Source of the DNA: Alphaproteobacteria bacterium
GTDB lineage: Bacteria > Pseudomonadota > Alphaproteobacteria > UBA828
Assembly (NCBI GenBank): GCA_965214705.1
Contig: CBDCCI010000002.1
Coordinates: forward strand, 2,016,001-2,080,000
DNA length: 64,000 nt
Direction of reading: 5' to 3'
The first letter of the stretch is position 1, and each line of letters begins with the position of its first letter. Under the pieces are notes generated by a model. That model saw only the letters and a list, made by a program, of their open reading frames with translations. It ran no database searches and was not told the DNA's origin. The position numbers and the translations under genes were made by a program. Of the stretch, positions 1-10,425 are shown one piece after another.

Positions 1-1
1 C

Positions 2-1117
2 GCCGCAGCGCGGGAACGCGAGGAACGCCTGCGCTCGATCACCCGGACCGCCCCAGACGCCATCGTCATCATCGACGAGAACGGCGTCATCGATACGGTC
101 AACCCGGCGGCGGAACGCCTCTTCGGCTATTCCAGCGCCGAGCTGGTGGGCCAGAACGTCAAGATGCTGATGCCCTCGCCTCATCGGGAAGCCCACGACT
201 CCCACCTGGCGCGCTACCGCGAGACCAGCGAGAAGCGCGTTATCGGCATCGGCCGCGTCGTGGTCGGCAGGCGCAAGGACGGCACCACGTTCCCGGCGCG
301 TCTCGCGATCGGCGAAATCGAGCTCGATCAGGGGCGGCTCTTCACCGGGTTTCTCCACGACGTCACCGAGCGGGAGAACATTCAGCGCCGCGCCGGCATC
401 CTCCAGCAGGAGCTCATGCACGCCTCGCGGCTCTCCGCCATGGGGGAGATGGCGTCGGGCATCGCGCATGAGCTAAACCAGCCGCTGACAGCCGTCATGA
501 ACTACACGCGGGCGGCGCGAAGGCGACTTGATCGCGATGAAGTGGATCCCACGCCCATCGCCGATCTCGTGGACAAGGCCGGGCAGCAGGCCGAGCGAGC
601 GGCAGAGATCATCAAGCGGCTGCGGGGCTTCATCAAGAAGGATGAGAGCGTGCGCCGCCTGGAGCCGATCAACGCGATCGTCGAGGAGGCGGCGGCGCTG
701 GCCCTGATCGGCGCGAGCGACCGCGATATCGAGTTGATCTTCTCGCTAGACGACGCGCTGCCGTCCGTCCTGATCGACCGCATCGAAGTTCAGCAGGTCG
801 TGCTCAACATCCTACGCAACGCAATCGAGGCGTTCGAGGGGCCGGGGGAGCGAAAGATTCGCATCGCGACCTGGGCAGCCAGCCCCCGGCAAATCCAAGT
901 CGATATCGAGGACAACGGCCCCGGCCTTGCGCCGGGCGTCGAGGACAATCCCTTCCGCCCCTTCCAGACCACCAAGGCGGATGGCCTAGGGATCGGCCTC
1001 GCCATCAGCCGCACGATCATCGATGCCCACGGCGGGCGGCTCTGGGCCGAGAACGCACCGGAGGGCGGCGCCGCCTTCCACTTCCTGCTGCCGGCCGGGG
1101 CCGGGGCCAATGAATGA
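2..1117 (+). CDS. fixL: PAS-domain sensor histidine kinase, FixL-like (5' truncated by window edge)
   Basis: Frame open from base 2 (TAPDAIVIID PAS start); heme-PAS motif LMPSPHREAHDSHLARY; H-box AHELNQPL; G-boxes DNGPG and GLGIGL; followed by fixJ and fixK. Confidence 0.85.
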   Translation, partial: AAAREREERLRSITRTAPDAIVIIDENGVIDTVNPAAERLFGYSSAELVGQNVKMLMPSPHREAHDSHLARYRETSEKRVIGIGRVVVGRRKDGTTFPARLAIGEIELDQGRLFTGFLHDVTERENIQRRAGILQQELMHASRLSAMGEMASGIAHELNQPLTAVMNYTRAARRRLDRDEVDPTPIADLVDKAGQQAERAAEIIKRLRGFIKKDESVRRLEPINAIVEEAAALALIGASDRDIELIFSLDDALPSVLIDRIEVQQVVLNILRNAIEAFEGPGERKIRIATWAASPRQIQVDIEDNGPGLAPGVEDNPFRPFQTTKADGLGIGLAISRTIIDAHGGRLWAENAPEGGAAFHFLLPAGAGANE

Positions 1118-1736
1118 CCGGGCCGAGGCCGTCGCCGTCATCGACGACGACGATGCGGTGCGCGATTCCCTGAGCGCGCTGCTGGAGGCCGCCGGCTACG
1201 ACGTCGACACCTATGACTCGGGGCGGGCTTTCCTGAACGCCCTGCCCCAGGCCTTGCCTGCCTGCGCGCTCGTCGACGTGCGGATGCCGGAAATGGACGG
1301 GCTGGAGCTGCAGCAGCGTCTGACGGACGTCGCGCCGGCGCTACCAGTCATCATCATCACCGGCCACGGCGACATCGCGATGGCAGTGAAAACGATCAAG
1401 GCGGGCGCTGTCGATTTCGTCGAAAAGCCGTTTACGGACCGCACCATCCTCGACGGCATCGCGCAGGCTCTGGCATTGCGCGAGGAGACGCTGAGCCGCG
1501 AGGCGCGACGCCTCGACGTGGGCCGACGGCTCGATCGGCTCACCGCGCGGGAGCGTGAGGTCTTCGAGCGGCTCGCCCGCGGCAGTGCCAACAAGGTCAT
1601 CGCTCGCGAGCTCGGCATCAGTCCACGCACCGTCGAGGTGCATCGCGCGCGGGTCATGGAGAAATTGCAAGCACCGAGCCTCTCGCACCTGGTCCGCATG
1701 GCCATGATCGCGCAGGTGGATATGGGCGACATCTGA
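1110..1736 (+). CDS. fixJ: LuxR/FixJ-family response regulator
   Basis: ATG at 1110 overlaps the kinase stop; receiver motifs IDDD, DVRMP, ITGHGD, EKPF; LuxR HTH NKVIARELGISPRTVEVHRA. Confidence 0.9.
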   Translation: MNDRAEAVAVIDDDDAVRDSLSALLEAAGYDVDTYDSGRAFLNALPQALPACALVDVRMPEMDGLELQQRLTDVAPALPVIIITGHGDIAMAVKTIKAGAVDFVEKPFTDRTILDGIAQALALREETLSREARRLDVGRRLDRLTAREREVFERLARGSANKVIARELGISPRTVEVHRARVMEKLQAPSLSHLVRMAMIAQVDMGDI

Positions 1737-1790
1737 TTACCCGCGGCGCATAGCGGCGTGCCGCCACCGGATGCCATTGGTGCTGCCCCG

Positions 1791-1806
1791 TAGGGAGAAT
1801 TCCTTA
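1791..1806. promoter_or_regulatory. Putative FixJ-type binding site upstream of fixK
   Basis: Imperfect 16-bp palindrome TAGGGAGAATTCCTTA about 90 bp upstream of fixK; assignment inferred from context. Confidence 0.4.
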
Positions 1807-1893
1807 CGCAACCACCCCAATTGCGCGGCCACGCGAAAACCACGAAATACCCGTCCGGGAAGCCCGCAACTGCTGCGGGAAGGGAAGATCACC

Positions 1894-2628
1894 ATGAGCG
1901 TTGCCGCTAGGAATCGGGCGGTGCATCCGGCCGCTGCCGGGGAGCCGCCCGCCGGGTTCGACCGGCTCGACGGAATTGGCGTCATCAAGCATCTGGTACC
2001 GCATGAATCGCTGGCGCTCGAAGGCGATTCCGCAGATCGCTTCCATCGGGTGCTGAGAGGCACCATCGCCGGCTACAAGGCGACGGCGGACGGGAGACGG
2101 CAGATCATCACGTTCTTCTTCCCCGGTGATCTGGTGGGGCTCACGGTGGGCGAACGTTATGCCTACAGCGCCGAGGCGGTCGATCGGGCCAGCGTCCGTT
2201 CCGTCCCGCAAGCCCGGCTGAGAGAGCTCGCGGCATCGGCGCCGGCTCTGCGCGAGAGCCTGCTCGACGCCTTGCACCGGGAGCTCTCGGCTGCACAGGA
2301 GCGGCTGTTGTGGATCGGGCGAAAGACGGCGCGAGAGCGACTCGCCGGCTTCCTCCTGGAATGCGACGGCCGCGTCGGGCTGCACGACAAGGACGGGCGG
2401 CGGATCGTTCCGCTGCCGATGAGCCAGCTCGAGATCGGCGATTATCTGGGTCTCGCCTCCGAGACGGTGAGCCGGGCTCTCGCCGAGCTGGTGCGGGATG
2501 GCACCATCGAGATCGTGCGTCCCTTCGCCGGCGTCATCATCCGCGACCACCGGTGTCTGGAGCGCGCGGCGGACGAGGGCGGCCCTCCCACCTACTCTGC
2601 CCCGCTCTTCTCAGAATCGAAGCCGTAG
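1894..2628 (+). CDS. fixK: Crp/Fnr-family transcriptional regulator, FixK-like
   Basis: DGRRQIITFFFPGD; HTH IGDYLGLASETVSR; no N-terminal Fe-S Cys cluster; adjacent to fixLJ. Confidence 0.8.
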   Translation: MSVAARNRAVHPAAAGEPPAGFDRLDGIGVIKHLVPHESLALEGDSADRFHRVLRGTIAGYKATADGRRQIITFFFPGDLVGLTVGERYAYSAEAVDRASVRSVPQARLRELAASAPALRESLLDALHRELSAAQERLLWIGRKTARERLAGFLLECDGRVGLHDKDGRRIVPLPMSQLEIGDYLGLASETVSRALAELVRDGTIEIVRPFAGVIIRDHRCLERAADEGGPPTYSAPLFSESKP

Positions 2629-3163
2629 CGCGCCGCCGCCGCAGCGGAGACATAGCCCTCACGGAGATCCTCCGCGACCATCTCGGGCGCTCTCGTGCCC
2701 GGCTTGCCGTACCCGCCGCCGCCGCAGGTCGTGAGTCGCACCCGGTCGCCGCGCCGGATCGCCACATTGGCGAACTTCGACGGCGAGACCTTGCCCCAGG
2801 CCGCGCACGCGTCCTGCCAGCTCTCTGAATTCGCTCGCCGAACGAGGAGCGAGGCGGCTCCTCCCTCTCCTCCCCCCAGCAGCCCCCACGGCCCGGTCCG
2901 ATGGCGGTCCCCCATGTGGCTGATCGTGATCTCGTCGGCCTGGCAGACGAGGGTTTTGGTGCTGCCGAGACCGCCTCTGTAACGGCCGGGACCGCCGGAA
3001 TCTTCAACCAGGGAAAGGGTCTCCACCAGCCACGGAAAGCGCGTTTCGTAGACCTCGACGGGTACGGTGCGGCAGTTGCCGTTGATGCAATTACAGGTGT
3101 CGTGGCCGTCGGCGAACGGGCGCCCGCCCCAGCCGCCGATCATGAAGTCGTAGCAAACGTAGT

Positions 3164-5187
3164 GTGTGCTGGGCAGCGCCCAGATCAGGTGGGTTCAAGT
3201 CCCACTGGCGCTCGGGTAAGGGGCGCCATATCCAAAAGTGGGGGTAATTCCTCACTGGCCGGAGTGAGCCGATAAGCGAAACTCTAAACGGGCACGAAGC
3301 CGGAAACGGCGGAGACAGCCAAGGGAGGAGCTAAGTTGGTCCACTGTCGAAAGACAACCGGAAGGCAGGGTGTCCACCGCGAGGTGGAATCTGAAGGGCT
3401 TGCGGAGAAGTACCGGGCCGTAATCGAGGGGGCCACCCCATGATGAATCGGTCGGCCAAAGACGGGGCAAGGTCGAGCCGGCACTATGGCGGCGAAGGCG
3501 TTCTTACCCACCCGTCGCACCAAGGTGTTTGCGAGCGGCACGGTACGGAAGATCTGGACGTGACCCCAGGAGGGCTCGCCGCGTTCCCGGGTGGCACCGG
3601 GATAACGGACCCTATAAGCCGAAAGGCGAAATGGGAAAGGATGCGCGGCGAGCAATCGGACAACCGAATAGTACCTGAAGCCCGGCGAAAGCCGGGTGAC
3701 CGCGCGAGCGGCGGCCGTGTGGGCCGGGGAAGTCGGTTGGCAGAGGTGGTCGGCGAGAGACAGCGATGAGTGAGTAAGGACCATGACGCGGACAAGTTCC
3801 TTGAGCGAAAGACCCGGACATCATGGCCCGAGGAGACTCATCGACTGGATCAACCCGGCGGGTGACAGGAAGGTCCACTCACTGGTGGACAAGGTGTACA
3901 AGCGGAAGAACCTTGAGGTGGCCTGGGAAAAGGTGAAGCGCAACCGGGGTGCCGGTGGCGTGGACGGAGAGGATTTAGCGGCGTTCGAGGCATCGCTGGA
4001 TGCAAATCTCGATCGCCTGCACCGGGAGTTGCGGGACGGTGAGTATCACCCGCAGCCGGTTCTCCAATGCCTGATCCCCAAGGCGGGCCAGCCGGGGAAG
4101 TTCCGCCCGCTCGGCATCCCGACAATCTACGACCGGGTGTGCCAGCAGGCGCTGCTGAACCGGCTGGAACCGATCTTCGAGCCGGTGTTCGACGATGCCA
4201 ACTACGGGTACCGGCAAGGAAGGTCTGCCCATGGAGCGTTACGCAAGATATGGAGGGAACTGGACGAGGGCAACGAGTGGGTTCTCGATGCGGATTTGAA
4301 AGACTTTTTCGGGTCCGTGGACCACGAAAAGCTCCTCGAACTCGTCAACCAGCGAGTCTCGGATGGCCGGGTATTAGGTCTGCTCAGGCAGATGCTCACG
4401 GCCGGGGTGGTGGCCGACGGTAAGAGGCTGCCGACCGAACAGGGCACTCCGCAGGGCGGCATCGTTTCACCGCTGCTCAGCAATATCTTGCTGACCCCGT
4501 TCGATTGGGAAATGCGTCGTCGCGGCTATCGACTAACGCGATACGCCGATGATTGGCTGATCACGTGCCGCACACGCGGGGAAGCCCGCGCAGCACTGGA
4601 GACGGCCAGGCGGATTCTGGCAAAGCTGGGTGTGTCCCTCAACGCCGGGAAGACCCGCATTGTCCATGTCAGGCACGGGTTTGAGTTCCTCGGCTACAAG
4701 ATCAAGCAGGGCGAGCGGCCTCTCCGGCTGTCGTCCTCCAAGATCAAGAGCGGGGTTCGCGGGGGAGCGCGCTACGCGGTTCCGCGTGAGAAATCCATCC
4801 GGCACTTCAAGGACCAGATTCGCCAGCGTACCCGGCGCAAGGCTCCTGTCAGCACGCAGGAGCTGATTGACGAGATCAACCCGATCATTCGGGGATGGGG
4901 CCAATACTATTGCAAGGCCCACGTCCGCGGGCTCTTCCACCAGCTTGACGGCTGGATCGTGCGGCGGCTCTGGTCGCATCGTCGCAAGCGCTGGCGCAAC
5001 GCTGGCTGGAAACAGTTGCCGGAGCGCAAGCTGATCGACGAATACGGGCTTGTTCGCCTGATCTCACTGGTTCCGTCCTTGAACCTTCGTTGAGACACCT
5101 TTGTGAAAGCGGCTTACGGGAAAACCGTACGGGCCGTTTGAGCGGCGGACGGAGGCTAGCCTCGCGGGGCGCCTCCTCCGACCCGAC
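3164..5187 (+). mobile_element. Group II intron (2024 nt) with RT/maturase ORF
   Basis: Starts GTGTG and ends ...CCCGAC; domain V near 5105-5140 with AGC triad and GAAA loop; loop ACTATG (3483-3488) pairs with exon end CGTAGT (EBS1/IBS1); exact exon rejoin. Confidence 0.9.
3783..5093 (+). CDS. ltrA: Group II intron reverse transcriptase/maturase, no C-terminal endonuclease
   Basis: GAGGVDG, RPLGIPTIYDR, GTPQGGIVSPLL, RYADD, FEFLGY, thumb domain INPIIRGWGQYY; no HNH. Confidence 0.93.
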   Translation: MTRTSSLSERPGHHGPRRLIDWINPAGDRKVHSLVDKVYKRKNLEVAWEKVKRNRGAGGVDGEDLAAFEASLDANLDRLHRELRDGEYHPQPVLQCLIPKAGQPGKFRPLGIPTIYDRVCQQALLNRLEPIFEPVFDDANYGYRQGRSAHGALRKIWRELDEGNEWVLDADLKDFFGSVDHEKLLELVNQRVSDGRVLGLLRQMLTAGVVADGKRLPTEQGTPQGGIVSPLLSNILLTPFDWEMRRRGYRLTRYADDWLITCRTRGEARAALETARRILAKLGVSLNAGKTRIVHVRHGFEFLGYKIKQGERPLRLSSSKIKSGVRGGARYAVPREKSIRHFKDQIRQRTRRKAPVSTQELIDEINPIIRGWGQYYCKAHVRGLFHQLDGWIVRRLWSHRRKRWRNAGWKQLPERKLIDEYGLVRLISLVPSLNLR

Positions 5188-6489
5188 ATTCGCCGGTCGC
5201 AGGGTGCTGACCGCCGAACAGGAAGTTGCAATGGGTGCCCGCGTCGGGGGCAAACGTCCGATCGGGCACGCGCTCCGATAGCGCGGCGATGACGGCGTAG
5301 CAGAGCCTGAGATGGGTCTCGGTGTTGCCGCCGACCTCAGGCGCGGGATAGTCCACATTGGCGACGCTGCCGGGGCGCGCAAGAACGCGGATGGGGCGAT
5401 AGCACCCGGCGTTGCGCGGGATCGACGGGTCGGTGACGTGGAGCATCGCGTTGAAGGTGGCCGACCAGGTGACTCCGAGTGTCGCGTTGATCGCACCGCG
5501 CGCCTGCGGGTCGCTGCGTGCGAAATCGGCAACCAGCTCGTCTCCCTGCACGAAGACATCGACCGCGACCTTGCGCGGCCGGTCCTCGATGCCGTCGTCC
5601 TCCATGTGGTCCTCGAAGCTGTAGCGTCCGTCCGGGATGGCCGCTATTTCCGCGCGCATGCGGCCCTCGGAATAGCGGATGAGCGCGTCGGTCAGCGCGG
5701 AGAAGCGCGCCTTGCCGTATTTCTCGATCAGCGCGCTCATGCGGCTCGCGCCGGTCTCGCAGGCGCTGATCATTGCGCGGTAATCGCCGTAGTTGTGGCG
5801 CGGCGTGCGCACGTTCGCGAGGACGAGCTTCCAGACTTCCTCGACATCCCCGCCGCGCCGCTTGATGTGGACCGGCGGCACACGCATGCCTTCGTGAAAG
5901 ATTTCCGTGCCTTCACTGGCGAAGCTGCCGGGCACCATGCCGCCGATCTCCGCCACATGACCGATGGAGACGGCGTATCCCATCAACTCGCCGTCCACGA
6001 AGAACGGCATGAAGAAGGTGTGGTCAGGCGTGTGCAGGCCGCCCCGGTAGGGGTCGTTGTGCATGATGACATCGCCCTCGGCCAACCCCTTGCACGCCAT
6101 CTCGCGCACGCAGCTCTTGATGACGACTGGCATACCGCCGATATGCGCCGGGCAGAAGTCCGCCGCCGCGATCATGTCGCCCTTCGCATCGGCGAGGACG
6201 CAGGTGAAGTCGAGGGCCTCGTTGAAGATCGTCGAGTACGACGTCTTCATCAGGGTGATACCCATTTCCCGGCAAATGGAGAGCATCGTGCCCTCGAGGA
6301 TGCTCATCGCCACGACATCCTCGGTCGGCCGCTCACTCATGATGGGCCCCTTTGCGCGTCGTCCCGATACCCGCTGGGGGCTCATGCGCCCCGAGGGTGT
6401 CGGAATGGTTCACGACCATACGGAAGCCGTCAAATGGCTGGAGCGGGCCGCGCAAGCCCGCTCGCCGCCTCTACGCTACCGGGACTTAG

Positions 6490-7691
6490 GGAAGGTCTGA
6501 TCAAGTCGGGTGTGCCATGATTTTCGTAGGAGTCGCAGATTGGATGATCGGGTCATGGCACAGGCGAGCTTTTCGGAACTGGAGCACGACTTGAAGAAGC
6601 GCCGGACGCGGCGCGAGCTGTTCCTGGAGAAGATGGACAAGCTGGTTCCCTGGGAGCGGCTGGAACGGCGGATCGAGCCGTTCTATCCGAAGGCGGGGCG
6701 CGGTCGGCGCCCGTACCCGCTTGCGGTGATGCTGCGCGTTCACTGCGTGCAGCTGTTCTACAACCTGAGCGATCCGGGGATGGAGGACCTGCTCTACGAG
6801 GTGGAGTCGGTGCGGCGTTTCGTGGGGCTGCGGCTGGCGGAGGCGTTGCCTGACGAGACCACCATCCTGAACTTCCGGCATCTTCTGGAGAAGCACGGCC
6901 TGGGCGAGGGTCTGTTCGAGGAGATCAATGCGCACCTGGCGTCGCGCGGCCATTGGCTGCGCACGGGGACGATCGTTGACGCGAGCATCATCGAGGCGCC
7001 GTCGTCGACGAAGAACCGGCGCCGCGCACGGGACCCTGAGATGCGTCAGACGAGGAAGGGCAAGCAGTGGTATTTCGGGATGAAGGCGCACATCGGGGTG
7101 GACGCCGGGTCGGGTCTGGCACACAGCGTGGTGACGACGGCGGCCAACGCAAGCGACGTGACGCAGGCGGGAGCGCTGCTGCATGGCGCTGAGACGACGG
7201 CGTGGGGCGACGCGGGCTACCAGGGGGTGGAGAAGCGTCCCGAGCACCGGGATGGCGGTGTCGAGTGGCGTGTGGCGATGAAGCCGGGGCGGCGCCGGCT
7301 GCTGGCCGGGGGTGGCGCCGAAGCGGCGGCCGAGACGCGCAAGGCGTCGGTGCGGGCGAAGGTGGAGCATCCGTTCCTGTACGTGAAGCGGCACTTCGGC
7401 TACGCCAAGGTGCGCTACCGGGGCGTGGCGAAGAACAGGCAGCGCATCGCGTTGCTGCTGGGGTTCTCGAACCTGCTGATCGCCGGCCGCTACGCGACGC
7501 AATGACAGGGGAGCAGTCCGCCCGCCGCCGGCGGGACGACGGGGAATGCGGCGGATCGACGCGGATATCGCCCGTTCGCTCCGTATCCCGCGACAAAAGC
7601 AGCCCCCGGCCTGCCGGCAATATCGTCGAGCTTCAAATCCAAGCCCCCTCTCCCCCTCGAAGCCGCCAAGATGGGGTTGTTCAGACTTTCC
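6490..7691 (+). mobile_element. IS5-family element, copy 1 (1202 bp)
   Basis: Ends GGAAGGTCTGA.../...TCAGACTTTCC; TSD TTAG at 6486-6489 and 7692-7695. Confidence 0.93.
6555..7505 (+). CDS. IS5-family DDE transposase
   Basis: PDETTILNFRHLLE, IVDASII, WYFGMKAHIGVD, GDAGYQG, RAKVEHPF. Confidence 0.93.
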   Translation: MAQASFSELEHDLKKRRTRRELFLEKMDKLVPWERLERRIEPFYPKAGRGRRPYPLAVMLRVHCVQLFYNLSDPGMEDLLYEVESVRRFVGLRLAEALPDETTILNFRHLLEKHGLGEGLFEEINAHLASRGHWLRTGTIVDASIIEAPSSTKNRRRARDPEMRQTRKGKQWYFGMKAHIGVDAGSGLAHSVVTTAANASDVTQAGALLHGAETTAWGDAGYQGVEKRPEHRDGGVEWRVAMKPGRRRLLAGGGAEAAAETRKASVRAKVEHPFLYVKRHFGYAKVRYRGVAKNRQRIALLLGFSNLLIAGRYATQ

Positions 7692-8117
7692 TTAGCCGTC
7701 GCGGTGGGTGCGCTCGTGGCGCTCGTGACGCTCCTGCGCCTCGACACTAAGGGTCGCGATCGGGCGGGCTTCCAGGCGGCGGATGCTGATGGGCTCGGCG
7801 GTCTCCTCGCAATAGCCGTAGGAGCCGTCGTCGATCCGCTGCAGCGCAGCTTCGATCTTCGAAACGAGCTTGCGGGCCCGGTCCCGAGTGCGAAGCTGGA
7901 CCGAGCGTTCCGATTCGACGGCGGCGCGATCCGCCAGATCGGGCTCCTGCGCGGTATCGAGCCTGAGCTTCTCGAGGGTTGCGTCGGTTTCGTCGAGGAT
8001 ATCCTGCCGCCACATTTCCAGCTTGCGCCGGAAATACTCCCGCATCCGCGGCGACATAAACTCCTCCCGGCTCGTTGGCCGGTACTTGTTCGGGAGCTTA
8101 ATTTGCTTCTGCGCCAC
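7692..8117 (-). CDS. dksA: RNA polymerase-binding protein DksA
   Basis: EPDLADRA coiled-coil tip; YGYCEETAEPI...RLEARPIATLSVEAQERHE (alphaproteobacterial 1-Cys type); GTG start inferred. Confidence 0.92.
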   Translation of the reverse strand: MAQKQIKLPNKYRPTSREEFMSPRMREYFRRKLEMWRQDILDETDATLEKLRLDTAQEPDLADRAAVESERSVQLRTRDRARKLVSKIEAALQRIDDGSYGYCEETAEPISIRRLEARPIATLSVEAQERHERHERTHRDG

Positions 8118-8378
8118 TGTCTTGCCGCGTCCCCCTTGAAATGGGCGCGGAGTATAAGAATGCACCGGCGCCTCGGCAAGCCATTCCGACGCTCTTCCCC
8201 GCTCGTGTTAGAGAATTTGTCTTGGCGAGCATTTCATTACAATTCAATGAATTACCTGAAACTCTTGAGATCGTGAGGAGTATCGGGACGCCCGGAAATG
8301 GCCGACGGAGCATCGCACGGCTATCATGGCCGGGGGCGAGCAGGACCTCGCGGCCTGCCGGTTTGAGAGAGGAAAGAG

Positions 8379-8576
8379 ATGGTCGAGGGCCTCGCGCCAG
8401 GCGACTGGGTCACGAACCCGCACGCACCGGAATGGGGCCTCGGGCAGGTGCAGTCTGTGATCGGCGACCGGGTGACGGCGAATTTCGAAAATGCGGGAAA
8501 ACGTCTGATTAACGCCGCCGTGGTCAGCCTTACTAAAGTCGATTCACCCGCACCGCTCGACGAGGACCCGTTCTGA
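8379..8576 (+). CDS. Small conserved protein, DUF3553-like
   Basis: PGDWVTNP..PEWGLGQVQSVIG..VTANFENAGK; upstream RBS GAGGA. Confidence 0.75.
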   Translation: MVEGLAPGDWVTNPHAPEWGLGQVQSVIGDRVTANFENAGKRLINAAVVSLTKVDSPAPLDEDPF

Positions 8577-8724
8577 GCGCCCCGGTCGCCGCCTCGCGAC
8601 GCGGCGCACCTGGATCGACATTCAAACTAATTCTCGACCGTCGACCGACTAGGTGTTAGGCATCGGGGCAGCTCGTCATACCGCCCGCCGAACTCGGTGG
8701 AACAACAATCGTCGGAGACCGTGA

Positions 8725-10425
8725 GTGGCCCTATCGGCCGGAAATCAGGCGCCCAGACACCCCGGAAGCGGAAGGCGCAGGGCGCGTTACACCGAGAAGG
8801 GCCGGCAGGTCGAACCTGCTGCGCAGGCCGAGATCCGCGCGCTGCTGGGAGACGAGCCCAGGCGCCAAGACCTGCTGATCGAGCACCTCCACAAGATCCA
8901 GGACCACTACGGCTGCCTCGCGGCCCGTCACTTGGCGGCGCTCGCGGCCGAGATGCGCCTCGCCATGGCCGAGGTCTACGAGGTCGCGACCTTCTACGCC
9001 CACTTCGACGTGGTGATGGAGGGCGAGAGCCCGCCGCCGCCGCTCACGGTCCGGGTCTGCGATAGCCTTACCTGCGAATGTCTCGGCGCGCCTCAGCTGC
9101 TGGAGGCGCTCCCCGTCGCTGTAGGCGATGCCGTGCGGGTCGTGCGCGCACCCTGCATGGGCCGTTGCGAGGAAGCGCCGGTGGCCGAGGTGGGCCATCG
9201 CCACGTGACCGAGGCGACAGTCGATTCGGTCCTCGCCTGCGTCAGAGGGGCGGACCATTCGCCGGTCAATCCGCCTTACGTTGATTTCGGCGCCTATGTC
9301 GCTGCTGGCGGCTACACCGTGCTCAAGGAATGCCTCTCGGGCGCGCGGTCCGTGAACGACGTGATTGCGGCACTGGAGGAGAGCGGCCTCAAGGGCAAGG
9401 GCGGCGCGGGCTTCCCCACCGGTCGCAAGTGGCGCTTCGTCCGCGCCGAGACCGGCCCCCGGCTGATGGCGGTAAACGCTGACGAGGGCGAACCCGGCAC
9501 CATCAAGGACCGGGTCTACATGGAGCAGGACCCGCATCGCTTCCTCGAAGGCTCGCTGATCGCCGGTTGGGCGGTGGAAGCCGCCGAGTGTTACATCTAC
9601 CTGCGTGACGAGTATCCGGGCATCCGCGAGGTGCTGCTGGAGGAGATCGCGAAGCTCGACGCCGCGGGCCTTACGGCCCGGACCAAGCTCATCCTCCGCC
9701 GGGGTGCGGGCGCATACATCTGCGGTGAAGAGTCCGCGATGCTGGAAAGCATCGAGGGCAAGCGGGGCGAGCCCCGGCACAAGCCCCCCTTCCCGTCCCA
9801 GGTCGGCCTCTGGGGCCGGCCCACCCTCATCAACAATGTCGAGACGCTGCACTGGGTGCGCGACATTCTGGAGCGGGGACCGAGCTGGTTTGCGGACGAA
9901 GGCCGCAACGGGCGCTCCGGCTTCCACAGCTTCTCGGTGTCGGGCCGGGTGAAGGAGCCGGGCGTCAAGCTGGCGCCCGCAGGCATCACCATGAATGAGC
10001 TGCTGGCCGAGTATTGCGGTGGCATGGCGGACGGCCACACCTTTCGCGCCTACCTGCCCGGCGGCGCGTCGGGCGGCATCCTGCCAGCCTCGATGGCCGA
10101 CCTCCCGCTCGACTTCGGCACCCTCGAGGAGCACGGCTGCTTCATCGGCTCGGCTGCGGTCATGGTGCTTTCCGACCAGGACGACCTGAAGGGCGCGGCG
10201 CTGAACCTGATGCGGTTCTTCGAAGACGAGAGCTGCGGACAATGCACGCCTTGCCGTGTCGGCTGCGAGAAAGCGGCCGTCATGATGAGTAACGGCCACT
10301 GGGATGCGCCGCTCTTGCGCGAGTTGAGTGCCGCCATGGCCGACGCCTCGATCTGCGGGCTCGGGCAGGCCGCGCCAAACCCGTTGCTCTCCATCCTGCG
10401 CTACTTCCCGGAGGAGCTCGCATGA
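8725..10425 (+). CDS. NAD-dependent formate dehydrogenase diaphorase subunit (NuoE/NuoF-like fusion)
   Basis: GKGGAGFPTG, NADEGEPG, GAGAYICGEESA, ESCGQCTPCRVG; N-terminal 2Fe-2S module; coupled to the alpha subunit. Confidence 0.88.
   Translation: MALSAGNQAPRHPGSGRRRARYTEKGRQVEPAAQAEIRALLGDEPRRQDLLIEHLHKIQDHYGCLAARHLAALAAEMRLAMAEVYEVATFYAHFDVVMEGESPPPPLTVRVCDSLTCECLGAPQLLEALPVAVGDAVRVVRAPCMGRCEEAPVAEVGHRHVTEATVDSVLACVRGADHSPVNPPYVDFGAYVAAGGYTVLKECLSGARSVNDVIAALEESGLKGKGGAGFPTGRKWRFVRAETGPRLMAVNADEGEPGTIKDRVYMEQDPHRFLEGSLIAGWAVEAAECYIYLRDEYPGIREVLLEEIAKLDAAGLTARTKLILRRGAGAYICGEESAMLESIEGKRGEPRHKPPFPSQVGLWGRPTLINNVETLHWVRDILERGPSWFADEGRNGRSGFHSFSVSGRVKEPGVKLAPAGITMNELLAEYCGGMADGHTFRAYLPGGASGGILPASMADLPLDFGTLEEHGCFIGSAAVMVLSDQDDLKGAALNLMRFFEDESCGQCTPCRVGCEKAAVMMSNGHWDAPLLRELSAAMADASICGLGQAAPNPLLSILRYFPEELA

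Larger units (their letters stand above)
2592..6340 (-). pseudogene. Hydantoinase B/oxoprolinase family gene interrupted by an antisense group II intron (pieces 5188-6340 and 2592-3163)
   Basis: Motifs NDPYRGGLHTPD, HVAEIGG, DSGGPGRYRGGLG, GGGGYG; removing 3164-5187 restores ...HPATGE-YYVCYDFMIGGWG in frame. Confidence 0.85.

Noticed and set aside
3783-5093. Retron, DGR or CRISPR-associated RT
   Set aside because: It has a maturase domain and is enclosed by group II intron ends; no Cas1 fusion or template/variable repeat pair seen
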